Positions 1-9,839 of a stretch of 64,000 nt of DNA are shown piece by piece. The position numbers and the translations under genes were made by a program. Origin of the DNA: an uncultured delta proteobacterium (GTDB lineage Bacteria; Desulfobacterota; Desulfobacteria; Desulfobacterales; Desulfatirhabdiaceae); assembly GCA_963789395.1 (NCBI GenBank), contig CAWBKP010000002.1, forward strand, positions 1-64,000. The letters run 5' to 3'. The notes under the pieces were generated by a model. That model searched no databases, had not been told where the DNA came from, and saw only the letters and a list, made by a program, of their open reading frames with translations. Each line of letters starts with the position of its first letter. Position 1 is the stretch's first letter.

Positions 1-879
1 CAGCGTTGCCCCGTCATGCCAAAGCATGCCTGGCGCAGGTAGATTGCCGATTTTTCCAGATCGGCATCCGGCATCAGGACCACGAGGTTTTTGCCATTGC
101 CGTTGATGGAAGAATTTTTGCCCAGCCGGCCGCAATGGGCGAAGAGATCCGCGCCGGCATCCGTATGAGCCGATAAAGCCGAGCCCCTGAATCTCGGGTT
201 GATCGAGGATGTACTTGTTGATTTCCCGGCCGCCGTGAATCAGGTTGATCGCGCCTTTCGGCCAGCCGACTTCCTGCGCAACCCGAGTGATAAACTCCGC
301 CGCCACCGGATCCTGGCGGCTCGGGCTGACAACCACGGAACAACCCGCCGCCAGGGCGTAGGGCACAAAGGAGGACCAGGCGTGCATCGGAATGTTGCTG
401 GGGGTGACTATCAGAAACGCGCCCAGCGGTTCCCAGCTCAGCCACATATCGATGCCGTTGGCCAGATCGTCGATATGTTCGTTGCGGGCGGCCATGCCGT
501 AGGCGGCCGAGCACGCGGATTCGATGTTTTCAATCACCCGGCGGACCGATCCGCGCGATTCGCTTATGGTCCGTCCGTGATCCTGGGTCAATACGCGGCA
601 GAGATCTTCGAAGTGCTCTTCGAATTTCTGGCGCATGTCAAAGAGCATCCTGGCCCTTTCGCGCAGGGGAATGCTGCGCATGGCCTCAAATCCCCTTTGG
701 GCGGATTCGACCGCGGCGCGCGCCTCTTCAAGGGTTGCCGTGGGGAATTCGGCGATGATCCGGCCGGTGGCCGGGTTGGTCGTGGTATTGACGACTGGGG
801 ACTTGGAGTCGACCCATTCGCCGTCAATCAAAAATTTCAGCTTGCCGTAATGCTTTTTTACTTCCGGTAGTATTGCCAT
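1..879 (-). CDS. Aldehyde dehydrogenase, methylmalonate-semialdehyde dehydrogenase-like (runs off window edge; +1 frameshift near 165)
   Basis: Manual translation from ATG 879 (GGAGG RBS upstream): MAILPEVKKHYGKLKFLIDGEW...NPATG...EPLG...TPSNIP...GFIGS. After skipping one base it continues TDAG...GNGKNLVVLMPDADLE...FGMTGQRC (catalytic Cys motif). Absent from the ORF track because it has no stop inside the window. Confidence 0.85.
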   Translation of the reverse strand, partial: MAILPEVKKHYGKLKFLIDGEWVDSKSPVVNTTTNPATGRIIAEFPTATLEEARAAVESAQRGFEAMRSIPLRERARMLFDMRQKFEEHFEDLCRVLTQDHGRTISESRGSVRRVIENIESACSAAYGMAARNEHIDDLANGIDMWLSWEPLGAFLIVTPSNIPMHAWSSFVPYALAAGCSVVVSPSRQDPVAAEFITRVAQEVGWPKGAINLIHGGREINKYILDQPEIQGLGFIGSYGCRRGSLRPLRPAGQKFFHQRQWQKPRGPDAGCRSGKIGNLPAPGMLWHDGATL

Positions 880-1127
880 CAAAACCTCCCTAAATTCGTC
901 GCTATGGACACTGTGAATAATCCGCAAAAGACATCGCGTCCTGATACAGCTTTATGACTTCACCGAAGCCCCCAGGCGCTTCCAAAAAAAATACGCGGTG
1001 GCAGGATAAACATGTAGAAAAGCACATAATTGTATTTTGTATATAATATACGAGAACGATTTTTGGCAAGTAATTTCTTTGAGTTTTCTAAACGCGAACA
1101 GGCAATGAGAGTTTGAAGGCATTCGAA

Positions 1128-1756
1128 TCAGGTCTTTCGGGAAAATCGTAATTGCAAATGCTTGATGTCTGCTGGTGTGTCCACGTCAAAAAAAATCCGT
1201 GAATCGGAAATTTCCACGTCCGAGAATGCAGTCCGGATTCGCTCTCAGGATATCTGCCTTGCGCCGACGTCTCCTGTTGTCGATATCACGGCATCGAAAA
1301 ACCGTCTGCCGATGATCACCGGGTGCCCTCTCCTGCCCCTGCAGACCGGCACACAGATATCCTTTTCCGAGGACCGGAACCGCCGGATGAGCAGATTGAT
1401 CAGCTTTGTCCCGACAAAAGGCTGATCTCCGAGAATGACCATGATCGCGGAGAAAGTGTCCTGACGCTTTCGGTCCCGGCCCGAAGCGAACTGCTCATCC
1501 CGTCGCGGTAGGCCGGATTGATCAGAATCCGGAGCCGGTCACGGTCATCCCGCGCCTTCAGGGCGGCGGACACCTCTTCGGCCCGATGCCCCAGCACCAG
1601 AATGATCCGATCCAGGCATGATGCCAGCGCCCCATCCAGCACCCGGTCGAGCAGGTATTGTCCATCTGCCCGTACCAGTTGCTTGGCGCTGCCAAGTCGG
1701 GAAGACATCCCTGCGGCCAGGACAATGCCTGCAATGGGGCTTTTGAAATCTTTCAT
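1128..1756 (-). CDS. mocA: Molybdenum cofactor cytidylyltransferase (MocA-like NTP transferase), interrupted by about 3 frameshifts
   Basis: GIVLAAGMSSRLG..KQL, NPAYRDGMSSSL, LGDQPFV, RGHPV, GDVGAR and FDVDTP motifs are spread over different frames (shifts near 1460, 1255 and 1222). Confidence 0.8.
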
Positions 1757-2170
1757 CTGCTCCTCCGGCTCTGCGGAACGGCCGGGCGTTCCCGCAAAAT
1801 TTTGGACGTTCAATTTGAAAGCAAATTGGAAATACGAGTTTCAAAATCATGATTCATTTATCCATTTAAATATACAATTTCAATAATTAACGAAGCTATC
1901 AAAACCCATTGCCAAGGCGGTGCGTGCCAGTCGGAATACGGCGTTGCGTCCATATTGAAAATGTCTTATAAAGGACAGGAGATGTTTTTCAAACAGCATG
2001 CGACTATGCCAATCCACAGCCGTACAGGATTCGTTGCGGCGGCGAAATGAGCGTTCTGTGCACGAGAAACCTTGAAACACGCTATTGTATTCTTGTCTCT
2101 GATCGACCCATGCGTGGTTGCGCGTTGGATCGACTATCTTCAAAAAGAATGCGGCAAGAAGGAACGTGCC

Positions 2171-3028
2171 ATGGTTGAAAAATCGCTGTCGGATATTGTC
2201 ATTGGCATCAAGGGAGCTGGTGAAATGGCCAGTGCTGTGGCCTGGCGTCTTTACATGGCCAACTTCAGGAATCTTTTCATGATGGAGATGCCAGAACCGA
2301 TGGCTGTTCGCAGGCGGGTCTCCTTCTGCGAGGCGGTGTATGACGGGATTCAAACCGTCGAAAATGTCACCGGGGTCCGGGCCGAAGATGCCGATCAAGT
2401 GCAGGCGGTCTGGCAAAGCTGGCAGATCCCGGTTCTGGTAGATCCTCAGTGGACAATGATCGGCCGGTTCGAACCGGATGTGGTGATCGATGCTATCCTG
2501 GCCAAGAAAAACCTTGGTACCAGAAAGGATGAGGCCCGGTTGGTGATCGGGCTCGGCCCAGGTTTTTCCGCCGGCGAAGATGTCCATCTGGTAATCGAGA
2601 CCAACCGGGGCCACCATCTGGGCCGGATTTACACACGGGGCACGGCCGCTCCGAACACGGGAGTGCCCGGAAATATCGGCGGATTTACCATAGAGCGGAT
2701 TCTGCGCGCCCCGGCGGCAGGGCGTTTTGTCTCCCTTTGCGAGATTGGTGACCCCGTAAAAGCCGGAGAAATCGTGGGTAGTGTGGAGAAATCAAAAGTA
2801 AGGGTTGAAATCGACGGGATTCTCCGGGGTCTGATTCGCACCGGCACGGATGTTTCCGAAGGGCTCAAACTTGGAGATGTCGATCCGAGGGGAGATAAAT
2901 CCAGTTGTCTCACCATCTCGGACAAGGCCAGGGCCATCGGCGGTTCAGTGCTTGAGGCCGTGCTCCGGACGTTCATTGCGCCACGGTCGTTTCTGGAGGC
3001 AAAATCCAATAGAGAATTGGGCACATGA
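2171..3028 (+). CDS. yqeB: Selenium-dependent molybdenum hydroxylase system protein, YqeB family
   Basis: KGAGEMASAVAWRL, AVRRRVSFCEAVYDG, DAILAKKNLGT, GLGPGF, ETNRGHHLGR, GDVDPR, ISDKARAIGG. ATG 2171 follows AAGGA. Confidence 0.9.
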   Translation: MVEKSLSDIVIGIKGAGEMASAVAWRLYMANFRNLFMMEMPEPMAVRRRVSFCEAVYDGIQTVENVTGVRAEDADQVQAVWQSWQIPVLVDPQWTMIGRFEPDVVIDAILAKKNLGTRKDEARLVIGLGPGFSAGEDVHLVIETNRGHHLGRIYTRGTAAPNTGVPGNIGGFTIERILRAPAAGRFVSLCEIGDPVKAGEIVGSVEKSKVRVEIDGILRGLIRTGTDVSEGLKLGDVDPRGDKSSCLTISDKARAIGGSVLEAVLRTFIAPRSFLEAKSNRELGT

Positions 3029-3849
3029 CGAATCTACGCGAAGCGCTTTGTCTGGAAAACGGCGGCGTTGTCTCATTGGTGGGGGCCGGTGGAAAGACGA
3101 GTCTTATGTTCCGGCTTGCCGAAGAGATTTCCGGGGCTGGAGAGACTGTCCTGACCACCACTACCACCAAGGTCATGTTGCCCACACGGGAGCAGTCCCC
3201 CCAGATTATCCTGGCAACATCTCCGGAAGCCGTCCTATCCAGTGCACGGAGGCTTCTGCTGGAAAGCCCCCATGTCTTCGCCGCATCCCCGCGTCTTTTG
3301 GAGATGCCCGGCAAAATCACCGGATTTCTACCGGAAGATATCGACAGGCTATGGGCTTCAGGCTTTTTCCGCTGGATCCTTGTGGAGGCGGACGGAGCTG
3401 CCCAAAAGCCGCTCAAAGTTCCTGCGGACCATGAACCGGTCCTGCCGGTATCAAGCTGTTTTGTCATCGGAGTTGTCGGACTCAAAGTTCTCGGAAAGCC
3501 CCTGGATAAAAACTGGGTTTTCCGGCATGAACGCTTTGCAAGGCTTACCGGTCTTTCACCGGGGGATCCGGTTACCGAAGCCTCCCTCGCGGCAGCGGCG
3601 CTTCATGAAAACGGAATTTTCAAGGATGTACCTGCCCATGCCCGAAGAATACTGTTTCTCAACGGGGCCGATTATCCCGAAAGTCAGGCGGCCGGATGGG
3701 CCGTGGCTAACATCCTGCACACCGCTTGCAAAGAGCCGCTCATCGAAAGGGTTGTCGTTGGTAAACCAAAGGAGACGCCTCCGGTGATCGATGTTTTCGA
3801 TATTCGGCTTAAAGATGACAAGCTTGTATCATTCAAGACAATATTGTGA
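3025..3849 (+). CDS. yqeC: Selenium cofactor biosynthesis/accessory protein, YqeC family
   Basis: VSLVGAGGKTS, LTTTTTK, LVEADGA..KPLK.PADHEP. ATGA overlap with yqeB. Confidence 0.9.
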   Translation: MTNLREALCLENGGVVSLVGAGGKTSLMFRLAEEISGAGETVLTTTTTKVMLPTREQSPQIILATSPEAVLSSARRLLLESPHVFAASPRLLEMPGKITGFLPEDIDRLWASGFFRWILVEADGAAQKPLKVPADHEPVLPVSSCFVIGVVGLKVLGKPLDKNWVFRHERFARLTGLSPGDPVTEASLAAAALHENGIFKDVPAHARRILFLNGADYPESQAAGWAVANILHTACKEPLIERVVVGKPKETPPVIDVFDIRLKDDKLVSFKTIL

Positions 3850-4519
3850 AGCCGTCCTCTCAAGACAATAATAATCCGAATTTATGAAGAAAACCGATCA
3901 ATCAGCAGCGCAATGGCCATGCCTTGAATTCCACTTTTTCTTGCCTCTTTTTGAATTGGTTCTCTGGATAAAATATCGTGTTGATCGATTATGCCGTTGT
4001 CAATCAGCATAGAAGTTCATAAATATCCTGTTTGGGGACCACTTGAATGACTGCAACAAAACGATCGTAACCATTGGCGGCGGTGATGTTGTTATAAGTT
4101 GCATCTCTCAAACACGGTTTGTATAATGCGTTCAACAATAAGCTCACACGGCGTCACACAACTCCGGACTTTGGAGCAATAGATGAAAGTTTACATATGA
4201 TAAATCATATGATTATTTGCTGCCATTGTTCGCAATCTGCCATAATATCATCATATTTTTGATTGCCGACTGCCAATCATTAGCGTTCCACTCAGCCGCG
4301 GCTGATCCAAAATTTAACAGTTACAAATTATTGAACAAAATAGTTTGTTTTTTTTTATATGAAAATGATCAATACCCATCCTTATTAATTTACATTCTTC
4401 ATTAATCAGCTTGGTTCGTAATTTTTATATTCGTGGTTGCCTCAAGGGCACCGACAATTCGTTGTGCATAAGCTGATCGGTCATGTTACTTCGCGCGCTC
4501 ACAGGCTTCAGTTCTAAAT

Positions 4520-5955
4520 CGACCTCTGTGAAGAATGTCTTTATTTTTTATCCGTTATTCATTGTATCGTTTGTGGAATCAGATTGAATCCCAAGGCAAG
4601 TGCCTGCTTTTGCAGGTACAAAACTTTCTTTTCTTTGTTTCTGAGTGTCAGATAATCTTCCCCCAAATCTCGAAACTCTGCTCCATCCTTTATGACATGA
4701 TATATCCCCAGAAGAATCCGGTGAGCAATGGCCACTATTGCCTTCTTTGCACCCCGGCGGGCCTTGAGGCGATAATATTTATCCTTGAAGTAGGAACCTT
4801 TCTTTTTTACCGCCGCCCATGCCACCTCAATCATGATGGTCTTGAGATGATGCTTGCGCACAGGGCTTCGGCCGCTTTTCCGTTTCCCGGCACTTTCATT
4901 GTTACCAGGACATAAACCGCTCCACGATACCAATGCCGTATCCGTGGAAAAACTATCCAAAGTAGGACCGATTTCCGCCAGAATGTCACAAGCTGAAACG
5001 TCTGATATGCCCGGAGCCTTCTTCATGCGGTCCAATAAATCATTTTGATCCTTCATCAAACTGCGGATCTGTTGCTCGAGTGCTTCAATTTGTCCCTCCA
5101 AATTGGCAATCGTCCCCAAAAGCGTTTTCAAAATAAACCGGTGATGGCCCATGAAGAACCCCTGAATGGATCGAAACAGCTCCACCTCCTTGCCTTTGAG
5201 TTTCCCGCGAATACAGGCCTCGATATCCGTCAATGTCAGTTCCCGGTCCACAATCAGAAGTTTCATCAGATTGCGGCCTGTTACACCAAACAAATCCGAC
5301 ACCACAGAATCGATCTTGATGTTTGCCGATTCGAAAAGCTTATGCGTCCGTTTCCGGTAATCGCCAACTGATTGAACGTACTTTTTACGCAGCCGCGTCA
5401 GTTCGCGCCATTGCCGAACCGTCATCGGCGGAATGAAACTTGCCTTTAAAAGGCCATGCCGCAACAATCCGGCGATCCACCGACTGTCACCTATGTCTGT
5501 CTTGCGCCCGGAAACGTTTTTCATGTTCCGAGCATTGGCCAGGACAACTTGAACCGTTTGCTCCAATACATTGTGCACAGGGCGCCAGTAAACCCCCGTA
5601 CTCTCCATGGCCACAACCGGACATTCATGATCCAACAACCACTGCCGCAGCTGCTTTAAATCGTCTGTGAATGTACCAAATACCTTAATCTCGTGTTGCT
5701 CTTCCCCATTGCTGTCGGGAAAAATAACGCAGGCCGAAACACTCTCTTTATGAACATCCAGTCCGCAACAAATGGGATGCACAATCCTGATAATTCTGCT
5801 ATCATCTTTTCGAGTCATGGTCTTCCTCCTGATTAAGTTTTTTTGAGAGAACTACTTAAACAGTGGAATACCGTGACTCAACACGTTATTGCAATAAATC
5901 CATTTTCATCCTTCGTTGTGCCCGCCCCGGGCATGGGGGTTACTTACTTAGAAGT
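4520..5955 (-). mobile_element. IS110-family insertion sequence (ends approximate)
   Basis: Single IS110 transposase with non-coding flanks, embedded in AT-rich intergenic DNA. No obvious terminal inverted repeats or target duplication, as is typical for IS110. Confidence 0.75.
4559..5818 (-). CDS. IS110-family transposase/recombinase (DEDD RuvC-like domain + Tnp domain)
   Basis: CGLDVHK, AMESTGVYW and RKTDIGDS supply D-E-D-D; C-terminal SWSGLCPGNNESAGK. Intact 419 aa with AGGAGG RBS. Confidence 0.95.
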   Translation of the reverse strand: MTRKDDSRIIRIVHPICCGLDVHKESVSACVIFPDSNGEEQHEIKVFGTFTDDLKQLRQWLLDHECPVVAMESTGVYWRPVHNVLEQTVQVVLANARNMKNVSGRKTDIGDSRWIAGLLRHGLLKASFIPPMTVRQWRELTRLRKKYVQSVGDYRKRTHKLFESANIKIDSVVSDLFGVTGRNLMKLLIVDRELTLTDIEACIRGKLKGKEVELFRSIQGFFMGHHRFILKTLLGTIANLEGQIEALEQQIRSLMKDQNDLLDRMKKAPGISDVSACDILAEIGPTLDSFSTDTALVSWSGLCPGNNESAGKRKSGRSPVRKHHLKTIMIEVAWAAVKKKGSYFKDKYYRLKARRGAKKAIVAIAHRILLGIYHVIKDGAEFRDLGEDYLTLRNKEKKVLYLQKQALALGFNLIPQTIQ

Positions 5956-6143
5956 TTTTTTGTAAAAATCGAAATAGCCTACTTCCTATACAATTTCATT
6001 TATCTTCGAAATAATATTCGGTTCTCCCTGTTTGTTCCTGCCATCTGAAACGGTTTGTTTCCGATCAACCTAATGGAAGATCACGTCTTCCGTTAGCGTT
6101 TCTTTTTAATAGTGAGAAATTGATTTCCTGTAATTAATAAACC

Positions 6144-6159
6144 TGGCATATATTTTGCT
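6144..6159 (+). promoter_or_regulatory. sigma54 (RpoN) -24/-12 promoter candidate for the cytochrome-hydrogenase operon
   Basis: TGGCAT-ATATT-TTGCT: GG-N10-GC spacing, close to consensus TGGCAC-N5-TTGCW, about 140 nt upstream of ATG 6297. Confidence 0.65.
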
Positions 6160-6296
6160 AATTTGCTTCTATCGATAATGATAACCAAGAAGAAGATATA
6201 TCATTCGCAGCAGAAGTTCGCCTGTATGAAAAGCCAATGCTTTGTTGGTTTTAATATTGGGGAGGCTGTCTGCCCGCACTGAGTCAAGGAAGAGAT

Positions 6297-8458
6297 ATGA
6301 GAAAACACCTTGTCAAGGCAGCATGGGGTATCGGTCTGACACTGTCAGTGATGCTCTCGGTTGGCGGACAGGCGACTGCTGGAACCGTCCACAACGGGCA
6401 GGTATGACAGGGGTCACAGAACTGCTTGGCGTACTAAGAATCCAAGCCATCGATATGCACGGCTCCAGCCATTACGCAGGGGCAGGCACTTTATACGGTC
6501 AATGGTCCGGCTGTCCAAGGCAAGCTCAATACGGCAATGAACAGTTATTGCATTTCGATTCTTGGGAACTGGAATGTCTCTGGCTCCTGTGACGTCGGCC
6601 TCGGTGCAAAGCCTGAGACGACTGCCTCACCTTCCCAGCCTCAGAAAATCGATCGTCTTATCTGTCATCAGAAGGACTATAATCGGAAAAAGGATTCAGC
6701 AGGCGTCTTTGTTCCGGATACAGCGAATATGACGATTAGCATGAACCAGGCGGTTCAGACCGTGCATAAACCGGTGCGCTCCAGCTGTATTCAGTGTCAT
6801 GCCAAGGAAAGAGGGGGCGATAACAACAAGCGTGGCGATATGGCCCTGGCCCATGCCACGATAGCTGGCTGGAATTTTGATGTCCATATGTCCTCTACTG
6901 GAGGCAATCTCATCTGCCAGCAGTGCCACACCACAGAGAGCCACCGGATTGCGGGGCGCGGACTCCGATCTTCGGCAAACAGATCTGGATGTGAAGATAA
7001 ATTGAAATACTGCAACCTGCCATACCAATAAAATGACAGCATCCGGCCATGTGACTGCGGATGTCAACCGCCACGTCAATCGTGATGCATGTCAGTCCTG
7101 TTACATTAAAACATATGCCAAAAACGCGTCGGACACAACCGCAAATGAATCAACGGAAAATTACCGTAACTGGACGACTCCTGAATGGGTTGCGTCCCTG
7201 AATCGCTGGAAACCGCTCATCACCAGAGGCAGTGATATGAAGCCGGCATATACATTCTGGAACAGCACGAGCTGGAATTACAGCTTGAACGAAACGGTAC
7301 GCTTTGATGCGCTGGCAGGGACCTATCCAACCTCCCGTCCCGAAGGCGGTAACAACGAATTGAGAAGTATGCTGTATCCCTTCAAATACAAAAAGGCCCT
7401 TCAGCCCCTTGCGGACAGCCTTGGTGTGCATGTGGCGCTGGATACTTCGGTCTATTTTTCAAGCGGCAATTATGACGCTGCCGTAGAGGCCGGACAGACC
7501 AATATGGGACATTCCGGTACAACCCAGTACCGCAATGTGGATACGGACACCTATCAGCTTATCACCCACGAAGTGTTGCCAAAGGGCAACGCCCTGAGCT
7601 GCTACGCAGTGCCACACGTCAACCGCAACTCAGATGAACCTGAAGAGCATGGGCTATGCCATGAAGGGAACGCAGAGCACTACCTGTACACAGTTCCATG
7701 GAAATGAAGACATGCCTTCCTACACCTCCATTCATAACAAGCATGTCAAGGATAAGAAATATGACTGCTCCTGGTGCCAAGGCTTCTCGCGGCCGGAACG
7801 CGGGCTGAAAATGCCGGCCTGGGGGCAACCCGGGGCCGACTCGACAGCGCCTAGTGTGACGGTGTTCGCAATTCCATCGACGTCCAACTCACTGACGGTG
7901 TCGATAACGTCTCTGACTGCAACGGATAATATCAGTGTAACAGGCTATCTGCTGACAGAAACAGCAACGAGGCCGTCTGCGACGGCATCCGATTGGACAT
8001 CTGCCAAACCTGCAAGTTATTATACATTTGCCACGGCTGGCGCCAAAACGCTGTATGCCTGGGCAAAAGATGCTGCAGGGAACATATCGGCAAGCCGTTC
8101 GGCAAATGTAATCATAACGATTTCAGCGGGCGCGGCGGATATATCGACTGAGGATGCTTTGGATTTGGGTAATGTCAGAGTTAACAATTCGGTGAATAAG
8201 ACCCTTAAAGTCATAAACAAGGGAAATGCCAAACTCGCGGTGACAAAGATAAAAGTTGTCGGAGCCGATGCAACTGCATTTAAACCGTCAGTAACCCCAT
8301 TCAGTGTGGATCCAGCCAAAGAGTATTCCCTGCAGATATCCTTCAAACCGACTTCTCAGCGAACGTATACTGCAACGCTTAATATCCATTCCAATGATCC
8401 GGATACACCTGTGAAGGGAATCGCCTTGAGTGGCAGAGGGACAAGAAGATGGATTTGA
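6297..8458 (+). pseudogene. Decayed multiheme (~10 heme sites) cytochrome c with signal peptide, C-terminal Ig-like domain and ASH/choice-of-anchor-D-like domain
   Basis: Signal peptide MRKHLVKAAWGIGLTLSVMLSVGGQATA; in-frame stops near 6408, 6435 and 7003; frameshifts. CIQCH and CQQCH are intact and eight more motif positions are damaged. The N-terminal pattern (H..W.G...GK....NSYC....NW..xG.C..G.G) resembles the octaheme tetrathionate-reductase/Cytochrome_cB family. Confidence 0.8.
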
Positions 8459-8546
8459 TTTTCTGGAGCTATTCGGAATCAAAAACAATTATTACAGGTG
8501 CCGGTATTTTTGCCGTCACCGTAACCCAAACCAATGGAGGTAATTC

Positions 8547-9833
8547 ATGCGAATAGGACGAAGAGAATTTTTGAAGTATTGTATCGGTTCAGCGGCTGCT
8601 CTGGGGCTTCCCCTGTCGGCGCTGGGGAACCTGGAAAAGGCATTTGCTGCGGGAACGCTTCCAACTGTTGTCTGGCTAAACGGCGCCAACTGCACCGGAT
8701 GCACGGTCTCCCTGGCCAACAGATTCAGCAGCCAGGCGCCGACCGATATCGCCGATCTGCTGGTCAATACCATTGATCTGGCTTTTCACCCGAACCTGAT
8801 GGGGGCGGTAGGAGATTCTGCAGTGGACATTCTGAAACAGGCCACCTCAGGGGATTTTATCCTTGCCGTGGACGGCGGTATTCCCACGGCATTCGAGGGA
8901 AACGCTTGCATGGTCTGGACGGAAAACGGACAAGAAGTCACGGCTCTGAAGGCGGTGCAGACCCTCGCCCCGAAAGCTAAGGCGGTGGTGAGCGTCGGCA
9001 CCTGCGCCAGCTTCGGAGGCGTTCCTGCCGGTAACCCGAATCCCACCGGGATCAAAAGCGTTCGCGACGCGTCCGGAAGATCCACCATCAATATTCCGGG
9101 GTGTCCCACCCATCCCGACTGGATCGTCTGGACGGTAGCCCAGCTTCTGTCCGGAACCACAGTGGCGCTGGATTCTTATGGAAGACCGGCCACTCTTTTC
9201 AGTTCGGAAAATATGAACGTTCATGAGCGATGTCCCCGGGATGATTCAGGAGAGGCCCAAAATTTTGGAGAAGAGGGGCGGTGCCTCAAGGAGCTTGGCT
9301 GCAAGGGGCCCAGAACCCAGGCGGACTGCCCGGTGCGAAAATGGAACAGCGGAACCAACTGGTGCATCGGAGCCAACGCAATGTGCCTGGGATGCACTGA
9401 AAGCGGATTTCCGGACAAATTCTCCCCATTTTATACCAAGAGCTATACCTATTCGGAATTCAAAAAGACTGACGGTACGGATACAACACCTCCCACGATG
9501 AATGTGTTTGCCATTCCGTCGACAGCAAACTCGCTTTCGGTAACTGCGACCCTCTCAGCCACGGACAATATGGGAGTGACAGGCTATTTGCTGACAGAGA
9601 CATCCGCAAAACCTTCAGTAACGACAGCCGGATGGAAATCGACAAGCCCTCTGACTTATACATTTGCATCGGCAGGCGTCAAAACGTTGTATGCTTGGGC
9701 CAGGGATGCGGCCGGAAATATTTCCAACAGTCTTAAAGGCTCGGTCACAATCACACTGTCTACTCGTGGTACACGACCACAGCCGGATCGTGGTACACGA
9801 CCACAGCCGGATCGTGGTACACGAACGCGTTGA
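8547..9833 (+). CDS. [NiFe]-hydrogenase small subunit (Tat substrate) with C-terminal Ig-like domain fusion
   Basis: GRREFLK Tat motif; CTGC, GTCASFGG, PGCPTHP, HERCPR, CLKELGCKGP, DCP..KWN, WCIGANAMCLGC Fe-S ligands; extra ~95-aa beta-rich domain at 9480-9761. Confidence 0.95.
   Translation: MRIGRREFLKYCIGSAAALGLPLSALGNLEKAFAAGTLPTVVWLNGANCTGCTVSLANRFSSQAPTDIADLLVNTIDLAFHPNLMGAVGDSAVDILKQATSGDFILAVDGGIPTAFEGNACMVWTENGQEVTALKAVQTLAPKAKAVVSVGTCASFGGVPAGNPNPTGIKSVRDASGRSTINIPGCPTHPDWIVWTVAQLLSGTTVALDSYGRPATLFSSENMNVHERCPRDDSGEAQNFGEEGRCLKELGCKGPRTQADCPVRKWNSGTNWCIGANAMCLGCTESGFPDKFSPFYTKSYTYSEFKKTDGTDTTPPTMNVFAIPSTANSLSVTATLSATDNMGVTGYLLTETSAKPSVTTAGWKSTSPLTYTFASAGVKTLYAWARDAAGNISNSLKGSVTITLSTRGTRPQPDRGTRPQPDRGTRTR
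9764..9824 (+). repeat. 24-bp tandem repeat, about 2.5 copies
   Basis: TCGTGGTACACGACCACAGCCGGA at 9764 and 9788, partial copy at 9812; encodes RGTRPQPD repeats. Confidence 0.95.
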
Positions 9834-9839
9834 TTGTGA

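Noticed and set aside
199..870. 223-aa plus-strand ORF and the many other antisense ORFs over housekeeping genes
   Set aside because: These are shadow ORFs opposite well-supported genes, with no recognisable motifs.
3850..4200. Possible decayed gene on the minus strand
   Set aside because: Only short stop-interrupted stretches; no family could be assigned.
6400..7010. In-frame TGA codons in the cytochrome as selenocysteine (yqeB/yqeC are nearby)
   Set aside because: One TGA replaces a probable Trp, a TAA and frameshifts also occur, no SECIS-like hairpin was evident, and the other motifs are broken by ordinary substitutions.
9764..9824. Possible mini-CRISPR (palindromic 24-bp repeats)
   Set aside because: The units are directly tandem with identical intervening sequence, lie in frame within a CDS, and no cas genes are present.
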